Positions 22,274 to 33,040 of a stretch of 33,065 bases of DNA are shown here, one piece after another. The notes below the pieces were generated by a model that was not told where the DNA came from, ran no database searches, and saw only the letters and a list, made by a program, of their open reading frames with translations. Origin of the DNA: Octopus bimaculoides (Eukaryota). The first letter of the stretch is position 1, and each line of letters begins with the position of its first letter. A program made the position numbers and the translations under genes. The DNA lies in the NCBI RefSeq assembly GCF_001194135.2, contig NC_068996.1:24374930-24407994 (forward strand), given 5' to 3'.

Positions 22274-22942
22274 TTTCACAAGGACAATATATTGAAATGA
22301 GTAAATATGTATGAGGTTAGGAAGAGACTTTACAGTGTGTATTTCTAAAGTTGAAACTACAGTGTGCGTTGGGTGAAAGAAAGCATTGTATTGTTTTGTG
22401 TGTGAGTAAAGACAATGTGTCAAACTACAAGAGAGGGGGAGAGAGGGAGACAAACAGACACAGAGAGACAAAGACAGAGAGATAAACAGAAGAACAGACA
22501 CTGAGATAGAAGCAGAGAAACAGACAGACAGATGACTCTATGGTAGATTATTTAACTGACAGTAAAACATAGGACAAACACAAGGTTTAATTTTCAGATC
22601 AAATATGCTGCTATTTGAGTTAAATGGCTTAGCTGATTATATATAACAAATAACTTATGAATGATGACTGGAGACTAGGAGAGAACACACACACACACAC
22701 ACAAGAGGCAGAAAAAGAGAGAGAAAGAGAAAGTTAAAGTTCAAAACCTTGGTAAGATCAGTTTGTCTTTTATTACTTTAGGCTAAATCAATAAAGAACT
22801 TGTGTAGATTTGGTGTTGCCCTGGTATCCTTCCATAGTGATATACTGGATATTCCATTTGGTCAAAGGTAGAAGGGTCAAGTGCACATCTGTGATTGATT
22901 GTGATCACCTCAGTAGGAGGTAGTATCAAAAAGTTCCAGGGT

Positions 22943-23159
22943 TCTCTTTTACTCTCTTTTACTTGTTTCAGTCATTTGATTGCAGCCATGCTGGAGCACT
23001 GCCTTTAGTCAAGCACATCAATCCCAGGACTTATTCTTTGTAAGCCTAGTACTTATTCTATCAGCCTCCTTTGCCGAACCGCTAAGTTACGGGGAGGTAA
23101 ACACACTAGCATCGGTTGTCAAGCAATGTTGGGGGGACAACACAGACACACAAACATAT

Positions 23160-23208
<49 letters not shown>

Positions 23209-23370
23209 TACGACAGGCTTCTTTCAGTTTCCATCAACCAAATCCACTCACAAGGCTTTGGTCGGCCCGAGGCTATAGTAGAAGACACTTGCCCAAGGTG
23301 CCATGCAGTGGGACTGAACCTGGAACCATGTGGTTCGTAAGCAAGCTACTTACCACACAGCCACTCCTAC
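22943..23370 (-). mobile_element. Full-length SINE, family A, with internal (TA)n(TG)n microsatellite
   Basis: The minus strand reads tRNA-like head, core, (TA)n(TG)n, 3' half and a (gagtaaaaa)-type tail without interruption. Confidence 0.9.
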
Positions 23371-23506
23371 GCTTATATTTAATCAATACAAAAATAACCT
23401 ATTTACCTAAGTCTTAAAATCATCTCCTCCAAAATAGTCATCTTACACAGCAATACATTAGTCCCAGCATTTCTGCTACTTTTGGAATCCAGCATGGAAA
23501 TCATTT

Positions 23507-23744
23507 TCTTATTTCTTTATTGCCCACAAGGGGCTAAACATAGAGGGGACAAACAAGGACAGACAAAGGGATTAAGTTGTTTACATCGACCCCAGTGTGT
23601 AACTGGTACCTTATTTATCGACCCCGAAAGGATGAAAGGCAAAGTCAACCTCGGCGGAATTGAACTCAGAACGTAACGGCAGACAAATTACTGCTAAGCA
23701 TTTCGCCCGGCATGCTAACGTTTCTGCCAGCTCAGTGCCTTGTT
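23507..23744 (-). mobile_element. Family-B SINE with alternative tail, inserted in mariner with a perfect 19-bp TSD
   Basis: tccagcatggaaatcattt occurs at 23488-23506 and 23745-23763; removing the insert restores the mariner frame GNDFHAGFQK. Confidence 0.93.
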
Positions 23745-24729
23745 TCCAGCATGGAAATCATTTCCTGTAAGTGAGTAAAGGACCTTCTGCAATTCACTCT
23801 TGATCTTGACAACAATGTTAAAACAGCAACCTTTGTGTTGCATTTTCATCTTGAAGAAGAAATTTAAGTCCACAGGTGCTAAACTGGGTGAATAGGGTGA
23901 GTATAGAAGCAATATCATGTTTTTGGTGAGAAACTCATGAGTGAGGAGAGCTTAGTGACAGGGTGCATTGTTGTCATGAAGAATCTAGACATTATGATTG
24001 CCTATACAGATTCATACAACAGACAAACATCAGTAATGTTGTTGGTTGTCCTCCAACAATTCTCATGCACAAGTTGAGGAATTTTCTCCACATTTCTAGA
24101 GGTGATGCTCATCACAGGTCTTCCAGAGATGTTCTTCTGCTTTTGAAGCACCCATGTCACTCAAAATATTGCATACAACCCATTGCCTCGTTGCTGTAAG
24201 CTTACTGAACATGCTCAATGTCTCTAGCAGACTTCCCAAGTTTCACACCGAATTTCATGTTGGCTCTTTGTTCCTGTCCATGACAATCGCACACTACAGC
24301 ATACAAGTGATCACAAAAACACAAATTTCTTAACTTGCAAAGTAAACACAGTGATGTCACTCAGCACACTGCCTCGTGAAGGCCACTGCTAGCTCTCACT
24401 GCACACGCAACTGTGTGCTGCCATATATTGGTGTGCTACAAAGCTAGACCAGGTATCATCTCATATCTAAAATAATTGGTAATCAAAGCAGTGACAGGAC
24501 AAACTCAGAGACACACATTCACACACATACAATCACACTCACACACACATTAATGTGTGTGTGTGTATACATGTGAGTAAGCAAATAAATTCAAAACAAG
24601 GTGGAAAAAACAGTAATTGAATACCAAAGGTAGAGTAATATGCTTTTATTTAAGCTGCAAAAAATTTTCACAAACTGAGTTTCACATCACCATTCATTGG
24701 ACTTGTAATTTTTCAGCTTTAATAAAAGT

Positions 24730-24730
24730 A

Positions 24731-24767
<37 letters not shown>

Positions 24768-24816
24768 NNNNNNNNNNNNNNNNNNNNNNNNNNNNNNNNN
24801 NNNNNNNNNNNNNGTA

Positions 24817-24868
<52 letters not shown>
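24730..24868. repeat. (CA)n microsatellite spanning an N gap (24768-24813)
   Basis: Read directly from the sequence. Confidence 0.9.
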
Positions 24869-24870
<2 letters not shown>

Positions 24871-25199
24871 GTGCATTCCAGAAGTTTTTAAAAGTTTTTA
24901 GGAGAAGAAGTTATAACTATTCTATATTATAGATTATTGTAATTTTAATAAATCATAACTATGCATCTAATTAGTGACTTTTATTATTCCAGAATGAAGG
25001 AGACAGTTGTAACAGCTCTTTGAACACATCCTACTAAACACTGCTTGTTACAGCTGACAAGTTTTTCAGAATGTAATCAGGATATAAGGACAATTTAGAA
25101 GCTAGCCATGCATAAGAGTTTCGTGTTAAACTAAGCAAAATCATAATAGAAATTTATGAAATACTTCATGTTGCTTATGGATTAACTTGTATGAGCCCA

Positions 25200-25400
25200 G
25201 GATTTGTTTTTCGCTGACACAAGTGGCCAGGTAAAGCAAGTACACTGGGAAGCTCACGATGAACCCCTTTTTTGATAGCAAGGGTATCATCTATTGTCAC
25301 TGGATTGCCTTTGGCCATATGGTCAACAGAGAGTACTTAGTGAAGGTTTTGAGGGAGTTCAGGAAGAGATTTTGTTGCAAAAGGTTGGGGCACCTGCACC
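25200..25400 (+). mobile_element. Mariner transposase fragment, truncated by a gap
   Basis: STGKLTMNPFFDSKGIIYCHWI..GHMVNREYLVKVLREFRKRF matches the mariner segment between the first and second catalytic Asp (FFD.KG...TVN.EYY..VL). Confidence 0.85.
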
Positions 25401-26834
25401 NNNNNNNNNNNNNNNNNNNNNNNNNNNNNNNNNNNNNNNNNNNNNNNNNNNNNNNNNNNNNNNNNNNNNNNNNNNNNNNNNNNNNNNNNNNNNNNNNNNN
25501 NNNNNNNNNNNNNNNNNNNNNNNNNNNNNNNNNNNNNNNNNNNNNNNNNNNNNNNNNNNNNNNNNNNNNNNNNNNNNNNNNNNNNNNNNNNNNNNNNNNN
25601 NNNNNNNNNNNNNNNNNNNNNNNNNNNNNNNNNNNNNNNNNNNNNNNNNNNNNNNNNNNNNNNNNNNNNNNNNNNNNNNNNNNNNNNNNNNNNNNNNNNN
25701 NNNNNNNNNNNNNNNNNNNNNNNNNNNNNNNNNNNNNNNNNNNNNNNNNNNNNNNNNNNNNNNNNNNNNNNNNNNNNNNNNNNNNNNNNNNNNNNNNNNN
25801 NNNNNNNNNNNNNNNNNNNNNNNNNNNNNNNNNNNNNNNNNNNNNNNNNNNNNNNNNNNNNNNNNNNNNNNNNNNNNNNNNNNNNNNNNNNNNNNNNNNN
25901 NNNNNNNNNNNNNNNNNNNNNNNNNNNNNNNNNNNNNNNNNNNNNNNNNNNNNNNNNNNNNNNNNNNNNNNNNNNNNNNNNNNNNNNNNNNNNNNNNNNN
26001 NNNNNNNNNNNNNNNNNNNNNNNNNNNNNNNNNNNNNNNNNNNNNNNNNNNNNNNNNNNNNNNNNNNNNNNNNNNNNNNNNNNNNNNNNNNNNNNNNNNN
26101 NNNNNNNNNNNNNNNNNNNATATATATATATATATCTTTAATTAAAAATGTCCTTTGAAAACAGAGTGCACTGGATGTCAATTAAGTGCCCTAGTATGAA
26201 ATAAGTCTAAAATCTTAAAAGATATTTAGAGATTCTTGGGAGCAATTATATATTAGAGAGTAAAATAGTGGAATAGTTATATCTTAAAAATCATAATAAA
26301 GATAAGTTTATAGTATTAGCAATATTGTATTAATAAAGTACAGCTATGATTATTAAAAAGTTTTAAAATGTTTAAAGGTTCTTATGATCGTTTCATGAAT
26401 ATACTTCCGCTTAAAATGAAATCTAAAGTTGATAAGCACCGTTGGGAAGTATATCTATCCATCAGAGAATCAAGTCGAAAGGATGAATTTCGATGGAGGA
26501 AATCAAATGAAGAAAATGCTGTTTAAATCAAATGAGGAAAATGTTGTTTAAAAATTATTGATATTCATATATCTGTGTAGGTATAAATTTGAGCTAAAAC
26601 TCTAAAAAAGTAGAATAAATCCATGATAAAAATCCATGGTAAAAATTTGTGATGGCTGTATAAAGATAGAATCCCTATGATCATTTCTTCTTCTGTGTGT
26701 AATCCATAAATGCGAGAGAATAAAAGTGATTATTTGATGCTTTTATTATTATTATTGAGATAAAACCAGAAGATACCATTATTAATTTATATTTTATGCA
26801 AATGTAGATATGGCTGTGTATTGATCATAGAAAT

Positions 26835-26855
26835 TCTATCTATCTATCAATCTAC

Positions 26856-26909
<54 letters not shown>

Positions 26910-26942
26910 CTCTTTCTCTCTATATATATATATATGTGCCTT

Positions 26943-26973
<31 letters not shown>
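26835..26973. repeat. (TATC)n + (TC)n + (TA)n compound microsatellite at a gap edge
   Basis: Read directly from the sequence. Confidence 0.95.
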
Positions 26974-27850
26974 NNNNNNNNNNNNNNNNNNNNNNNNNNN
27001 NNNNNNNNNNNNNNNNNNNNNNNNNNNNNNNNNNNNNNNNNNNNNNNNNNNNNNNNNNNNNNNNNNNNNNNNNNNNNNNNNNNNNNNNNNNNNNNNNNNN
27101 NNNNNNNNNNNNNNNNNNNNNNNNNNNNNNNNNNNNNNNNNNNNNNNNNNNNNNNNNNNNNNNNNNNNNNNNNNNNNNNNNNNNNNNNNNNNNNNNNNNN
27201 NNNNNNNNNNNNNNNNNNNNNNNNNNNNNNNNNNNNNNNNNNNNNNNNNNNNNNNNNNNNNNNNNNNNNNNNNNNNNNNNNNNNNNNNNNNNNNNNNNNN
27301 NNNNNNNNNNNNNNNNNNNNNNNNNNNNNNNNNNNNNNNNNNNNNNNNNNNNNNNNNNNNNNNNNNNNNNNNNNNNNNNNNNNNNNNNNNNNNNNNNNNN
27401 NNNNNNNNNNNNNNNNNNNNNNNNNNNNNNNNNNNNNNNNNNNNNNNNNNNNNNNNNNNNNNNNNNNNNNNNNNNNNNNNNNNNNNNNNNNNNNNNNNNN
27501 NNNNNNNNNNNNNNNNNNNNNNNNNNNNNNNNNNNNNNNNNNNNNNNNNNNNNNNNNNNNNNNNNNNNNNNNNNNNNNNNNNNNNNNNNNNNNNNNNNNN
27601 NNNNNNNNNNNNNNNNNNNNNNNNNNNNNNNNNNNNNNNNNNNNNNNNNNNNNNNNNNNNNNNNNNNNNNNNNNNNNNNNNNNNNNNNNNNNNNNNNNNN
27701 NNNNNNNNNNNNNNNNNNNNNNNNNNNNNNNNNNNNNNNNNNNNNNNNNNNNNNNNNNNNNNNNNNNNNNNNNNNNNNNNNNNNNNNNNNNNNNNNNNNN
27801 NNNNNNNNNNNNNNNNNNNNNNNNNNNNNNNNNNNNNNNNNNNNNNNNNN

Positions 27851-27980
<130 letters not shown>

Positions 27981-28030
27981 ACATCGAAAAATACCTTCGG
28001 AATGAGAACTCAGGTTCAAAATTTACCCAA

Positions 28031-28073
28031 GACACCTGATGAAGGCTGGAAGGTATATCAGTCGAAACGTGTT
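28031..28073 (+). ncRNA. Defective minimal hammerhead ribozyme motif (Penelope-terminal-repeat type)
   Basis: GACAC-CTGATGA-A-GGCTGG/TCAGTC(stem II)-GAAA-C-GTGTT; GACAC pairs with GTGTT, but the NUH triplet is missing. Confidence 0.5.
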
Positions 28074-28184
28074 AACAACAAACAAGATGAGGACAAATAT
28101 CCATCAAATGTAAATAATGTAAATAATGTACATAATTCCTCATCACTTAAATATAGAACTAAATTAACCTCAGTACTTTATTTT

Positions 28185-28303
28185 AAAGCCCAGTACTTAT
28201 TGTATTGGTCTCTTTTGCTGAACTGCTCGGTTACTGGGATGTAAACACACCAGCACCAGTTGTCAAGTGGTGGTGATGGTGGACACACACATTATCATCA
28301 TCG

Positions 28304-28347
<44 letters not shown>

Positions 28348-28348
28348 G

Positions 28349-28382
<34 letters not shown>

Positions 28383-28880
28383 TATCATTTAATATCCATT
28401 ATCCATGCTGGCATGGGCTGGATGGTTTGAGTAGGATGGCATGCTGGAAGGCTGCACCAGTCTCTAGTCTGATTTTTCCACCACTTGATGCCCTTCCTAA
28501 TGCCAACCACTCTGAGAATGTAATGGGTGCTTTTATGTGCCACCAGTACAGGTGTCATTTGTGTGACATCGGGGTGCATTTACATGCCACTGGCACAGGT
28601 ACCAGTATCTGCCACAACTGCAATTTTGCTCAGCTTGATGGGTCTTCTTCTCAAGCATAGCATAATGCAAAAGATCTTGGTCATTGGCCCAATATATATA
28701 TATATATACACACGCGCGCGCGATGGGCTTCTTTCAGTGTCTGTCGACCAAATCCACTCGCAAGGCTTTGGTCATTTTGAGGCTATAATAGAAGACACTT
28801 GCCCAAGGTGCAATGCAGCAGTACTGCACCCAGAACCATGTGATCAGGAAGCAAGCTTCTTACCTCACAACCATGCTTGT
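28185..28880 (-). mobile_element. Family-A SINE split at its internal microsatellite by an RTE fragment
   Basis: Head/core at 28722-28880, (TA)n at 28692-28710 and the 3' half at 28185-28290, all collinear with 22943-23370. Confidence 0.8.
28291..28690 (-). mobile_element. 5'-truncated RTE LINE with long (GAT)n tail
   Basis: The minus strand has the ORF2 end (..YAMLEK..HQAE) and the 3' UTR gagtggttggcattaggaagggcatc...gcatgga...attaaatgat, as at 32870-33040; (CAT)n on plus at 28295-28385. Confidence 0.85.
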
Positions 28881-30048
28881 GTCTGTNNNNNNNNNNNNNN
28901 NNNNNNNNNNNNNNNNNNNNNNNNNNNNNNNNNNNNNNNNNNNNNNNNNNNNNNNNNNNNNNNNNNNNNNNNNNNNNNNNNNNNNNNNNNNNNNNNNNNN
29001 NNNNNNNNNNNNNNNNNNNNNNNNNNNNNNNNNNNNNNNNNNNNNNNNNNNNNNNNNNNNNNNNNNNNNNNNNNNNNNNNNNNNNNNNNNNNNNNNNNNN
29101 NNNNNNNNNNNNNNNNNNNNNNNNNNNNNNNNNNNNNNNNNNNNNNNNNNNNNNNNNNNNNNNNNNNNNNNNNNNNNNNNNNNNNNNNNNNNNNNNNNNN
29201 NNNNNNNNNNNNNNNNNNNNNNNNNNNNNNNNNNNNNNNNNNNNNNNNNNNNNNNNNNNNNNNNNNNNNNNNNNNNNNNNNNNNNNNNNNNNNNNNNNNN
29301 NNNNNNNNNNNNNNNNNNNNNNNNNNNNNNNNNNNNNNNNNNNNNNNNNNNNNNNNNNNNNNNNNNNNNNNNNNNNNNNNNNNNNNNNNNNNNNNNNNNN
29401 NNNNNNNNNNNNNNNNNNNNNNNNNNNNNNNNNNNNNNNNNNNNNNNNNNNNNNNNNNNNNNNNNNNNNNNNNNNNNNNNNNNNNNNNNNNNNNNNNNNN
29501 NNNNNNNNNNNNNNNNNNNNNNNNNNNNNNNNNNNNNNNNNNNNNNNNNNNNNNNNNNNNNNNNNNNNNNNNNNNNNNNNNNNNNNNNNNNNNNNNNNNN
29601 NNNNNNNNNNNNNNNNNNNNNNNNNNNNNNNNNNNNNNNNNNNNNNNNNNNNNNNNNNNNNNNNNGGTTAAGAGTTCACCAAATTCACTGGTGTTGCCAT
29701 TAGTAAAATAGATATACCAGAAGCTCAAATATCAAGTTTTTACATTCTTCCAGTTTACATTGGTTTGATGTGTATAGCTTAGGGCACAGGAATATATGGA
29801 TATACATATTGGTAAATACATTGAATGTAACAGATTTTTACAAACACAAACACACCTGTATAACACATCACATTCATACACAAGCACATAGATGTGAGTA
29901 CATACAACACAGATGCAGATTAACATATGTATATATATACATACACAAAAAGTCACATGTGAGTGATATATACATAAACATCCATATATATATATATATA
30001 TATATGGATCTATATATGGATCTATCTATCTATATATATATATAAATA

Positions 30049-30311
30049 CAGTGTACATTTAAGCTCATAAGAGATGGTCATAAGAGAAGGAGTAGTTAAA
30101 ATCCAAACAATCAATTTCCTGGACCGTGGTTTCAAGCTATCTTCAGCAAATAAAGTAGCTTGAAACCATGGACCAGGAAATAGTTGGTAAATGTTTTTAT
30201 TTTTCATTCCCTTTCGAAATTAACCCTAATAGTGGTTTGGATTTTAACTACTTCTTCTAGCAGGTTAGATGTCCCATTATGGCCATCTCTTATGTGTTTA
30301 AATGTACAGTG
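30049..30311. mobile_element. Tc1/mariner-type MITE with TA TSD and a nested internal inverted repeat
   Basis: TA|cagtgtacatttaagctcataagagatggtcataa ... ttatggccatctcttatgtgtttaaatgtacagtg|TA. A second arm pair is agtagttaaaatccaaac/gtttggattttaactact, and inner 26-bp arms lie at 30114-30139 and 30156-30181. Confidence 0.88.
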
Positions 30312-30435
30312 TATTTATAAAGAATAATATTTAGTCTATTGACTAGTTTTTCTACATGCTAGGCCACTGGTGGTAACAAAAAAAATTTCTAAATAATTTT
30401 TATATATATATATCTGTAAAAATATGTGACACTTA

Positions 30436-30509
30436 TAGCCATGATAAAACTCCGAGTTTCGGATGCCAGGGTGGGAGCCCACACTAACATCTCTTCAGTT
30501 ATCCGGCCA
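30436..30509 (-). ncRNA. Type I hammerhead ribozyme candidate associated with a Penelope-like element
   Basis: Minus strand: stem I GAUAA/UUAUC (extended by UGGCC/GGCUA), core CUGAAGA, stem II GAUGUUAG/CUGGCAUC plus GUGG/CCAC, one extra C, GAAA, stem III ACU-CGG-AGU, cleavage triplet GUU. Confidence 0.68.
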
Positions 30510-31018
30510 ATTGAAAATTCCTGTGAAAAATGACCGTTAAAAACAAAGGGAAATTACTGCGTATATTATCGCATGCACGCATATATCTATATACGCACCA
30601 CATATCTCTATATACGCACACATATATCTACATACTCACACATCCACATGCACACTCACAAGCACGCACATATAAAGTTCCTTGTACGTGTCTATAAGCG
30701 TACAGGAAAAAAAGTTTGGAGGGGAGAAAACAGAAAACTATATGTGGAAAAATACAAAAACATTAACCCTATAACTATGTAAAAAACATAAAAATAATTT
30801 TAAAAATATGATAATATAAAAATATAAAAATATAAAATTCAGGTAAAAAAAGTGAAAAGTTTATTCATAGACACAATATAGAAGCCTATCAGTACAGTCC
30901 CATCAGCAGGTCCTATCAGTACAAATATTTAAAAATATATATAAAAAATATATAAGAAATGTAAGTAATAATTATAAAGAGACACAAAAATAGAAAGCAA
31001 GTCGAATCAGTAAACTCA

Positions 31019-31309
31019 GGGGGACCAAAAACGTAGCAAATATTTGGTCACATGTAGACATGATCTGAAAAGTTCGGTCTTTCAATTTAAACATGTGGTG
31101 GGATCCAAGCTGCCTTTCCAGATGAGCCATCTTTCCATATCACATAGACTGCACCTTCCGCTGCCGCTGGTGTAAGGTTTACACTTGGCTAGGATCTTCC
31201 AATGGATGTTATAACTGATGCCTTTATCTTTTAAAGACCATATATGACTGGATAATTTGGTCGTTTTTCTTTTGTCCCAGTGCCTGAAACTCAAAGTGTG
31301 ATTATTGTA

Positions 31310-31311
<2 letters not shown>
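31019..31311 (-). mobile_element. Penelope-like element, C-terminal half of the GIY-YIG endonuclease
   Basis: RYNNHTLSFRH...TKLSSHIWSLKDKGISYNIHWKILAKCKPYTSGSGRCSLCDMERWLI...CLN*KTELFRSCLH matches the PLE endonuclease tail (H..SF, ELSK.IW.LK, I.W.IL, RC.LC..EK, LN.R.EL...C.H). Confidence 0.88.
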
Positions 31312-31346
<35 letters not shown>

Positions 31347-31547
31347 NNNNNNNNNNNNNNNNNNNNNNNNNNNNNNNNNNNNNNNNNNNNNNNNNNNNNN
31401 NNNNNNNNNNNNNNNNNNNNNNNNNNNNNNNNNNNNNNNNNNNNNNNNNNNNNNNNNNNNNNNNNNNNNNNNNNNNNNNNNNNNNNNNNNNNNNNNNNNN
31501 NNNNNNNNNNNNNNNNNNNNNNNNNNNNNNNNNNNNNNNNNNNNNNN

Positions 31548-33002
31548 AAACACAGGCATAGGTAGTAACTCCATAAGATGTACCCAGTGTAAGCTATGGA
31601 CACATAAGAGATGCAGCAATATCAAAGGAAGGCTAACTAACAAGATAGTTTTTGTATGTGGCAGATGCTCAGGAGCAATAAACACTGAGAATGTGCAGAA
31701 AACAACCTTTGTCACACTCCAGGGAGAAAAACTAGTTGATAGCTTCCGCTATCTAGGTGACCAGGTTTGTAGCAGGGGAGGGTGCGCTGAAAGTGTAGCT
31801 GCTAGAATAAGAATAGCCTGGGTAAAGTTCAGAGAGCTCTTACCTCTGCTGGTGACAAAGGGCCTCTCACTCAGAGTAAAAGGCAGACTGTATGACGCAT
31901 GTGTACGAACAGCCATGCTTCATGGCAGTGAAACATGGGCTGTGACTGCTGAAGACATGTGTAAGCTCGCAAGAAACGAAGCCAGTATGCTCCAATGGAT
32001 GTGTAATGTAAGTGTGTATACTCAACAGAGTGTAAGTACTTTGAGAGAAAAGTTAGACCTAAGAAACATGAGTTGTGGTGTGCAAGAGAGGTGATTGCAC
32101 TGGTATGGTCATGTGGTGAGAATGGATGAGGATAGATGTGTGAAAAAGTGCCAACCCTAGCAGTTGAGGGAACCTGTGGAAGAGGTAGGCCCAGGAAGAC
32201 CTGGGATGAGGTGGTGAGGCAAGACCTTCGAACATTGGGCTTCACCGAGGCAATGACTTCTGACCGAGACCTTTGGAAATATGCTGTACGTGAGAAAACC
32301 CGGCAAGCTATGTGAGAGCATAAGCTGTGACCTCTGCCAGAAGTGTGGCCAGCTCACTTATTTGTATTTTACTTCATTGGACACTAACTCTGCTTGCGAA
32401 GACCTGTTGAGGCAAGTGAATTTGGAATCTGAAATCGAAATCGAACCGAATCCGACGACTGGCACCCATGCCAACCTCTCCTTCATTGGACACTAAACTC
32501 TGCTTGCGAAGACCTGTTGGGGCAAGTGAAATCAAAATCGTAATTGAACCATATTCGATGACTGGCACCTGCGCCAGTGGAGCACTAACAGCACTGTCCG
32601 AGTGTGTTCATTGCCAGAGCAGCTGTCTAGCTTCCATGCTAGTGGCATGTAAATAGCATCATTTGAGCATAATCGTTACCAGCATCGCCTTCTAGCACTT
32701 GTGCTGGTGACACATTCGGAAATCATTCGAGCAAGGTCATTGCCAGTGCTGCTGGACTGGCTCCCGTGCAGATGGCATGTGAAAAACACCTTTTGAGCGA
32801 GGCCGTTGCCAGTACCGTGTGACTGGCCCTCGTGCAGGTGGTACGTAAAAGCACCCACTACACTCTCGGAGTGGTTGGCGTTAGGAAGGGCATCCAGCTG
32901 CAGAAATTCTGCCAGATCAGATTGGAGCCTGGTGCAGCTTTCTGGCTTGCCAGTCCTCAGTCAAATCATCCAACCTATGCTAGCATGGAAAGCGGACATT
33001 AA

Positions 33003-33040
<38 letters not shown>
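31548..33040 (+). mobile_element. RTE-clade LINE, 3' part of ORF2, 3' UTR and (GAT)n tail
   Basis: VDSFRYLGD...RIRIAWVKFRELLPLL...KGRLYDACVRTAMLHGSETW...LHWYGHVVRMDEDRCVKK...CGRGRPRKTWDEVV...DRDLWKYAVREKTRQAM* (stop 32313-15), then a UTR of about 690 nt and a (gat)n tail from about 33003. The 5' side is lost in a gap. Confidence 0.93.
32372..32569 (+). repeat. Tandem duplication (109-nt period) in the RTE 3' UTR
   Basis: cttcattggacactaa(a)ctctgcttgcgaagacctgttg.ggcaagtgaa...gactggcacc starts at 32372 and again at 32481. Confidence 0.9.

Larger units (their letters stand above)
22916..24465 (-). mobile_element. Decayed mariner (D34D-type) transposon interrupted by two SINEs
   Basis: N-terminal EQRANMKFGVKLGKSA...FKSRRTSLED...NVEKI (about 24030-24275); LHDNNAPCH...YSPYSPSLAPVD; C-terminal GFQK*QKCWD*CIA..DYFGGD (23415-23490). 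TIR-like ggaggtagtatcaaaaagttcc follows TA at 22914-15. The first catalytic Asp region is deleted. Confidence 0.87.

Noticed and set aside
24728-24870. Direct repeat gtacgcgcacacac on both sides of a 46-N gap
   Set aside because: Most likely an unmerged contig overlap at a microsatellite, that is, an assembly artefact.
25200-25400. Idea that this plus-strand mariner piece is the segment deleted from the 22916-24465 element
   Set aside because: It covers a similar region, but there are no matching junctions, it is cut by a gap, and independent mariner copies are common.
32372-32569. CRISPR-like repeat-spacer array
   Set aside because: Only two long units in a eukaryotic LINE 3' UTR, the intervening parts are themselves homologous, and there are no cas genes.
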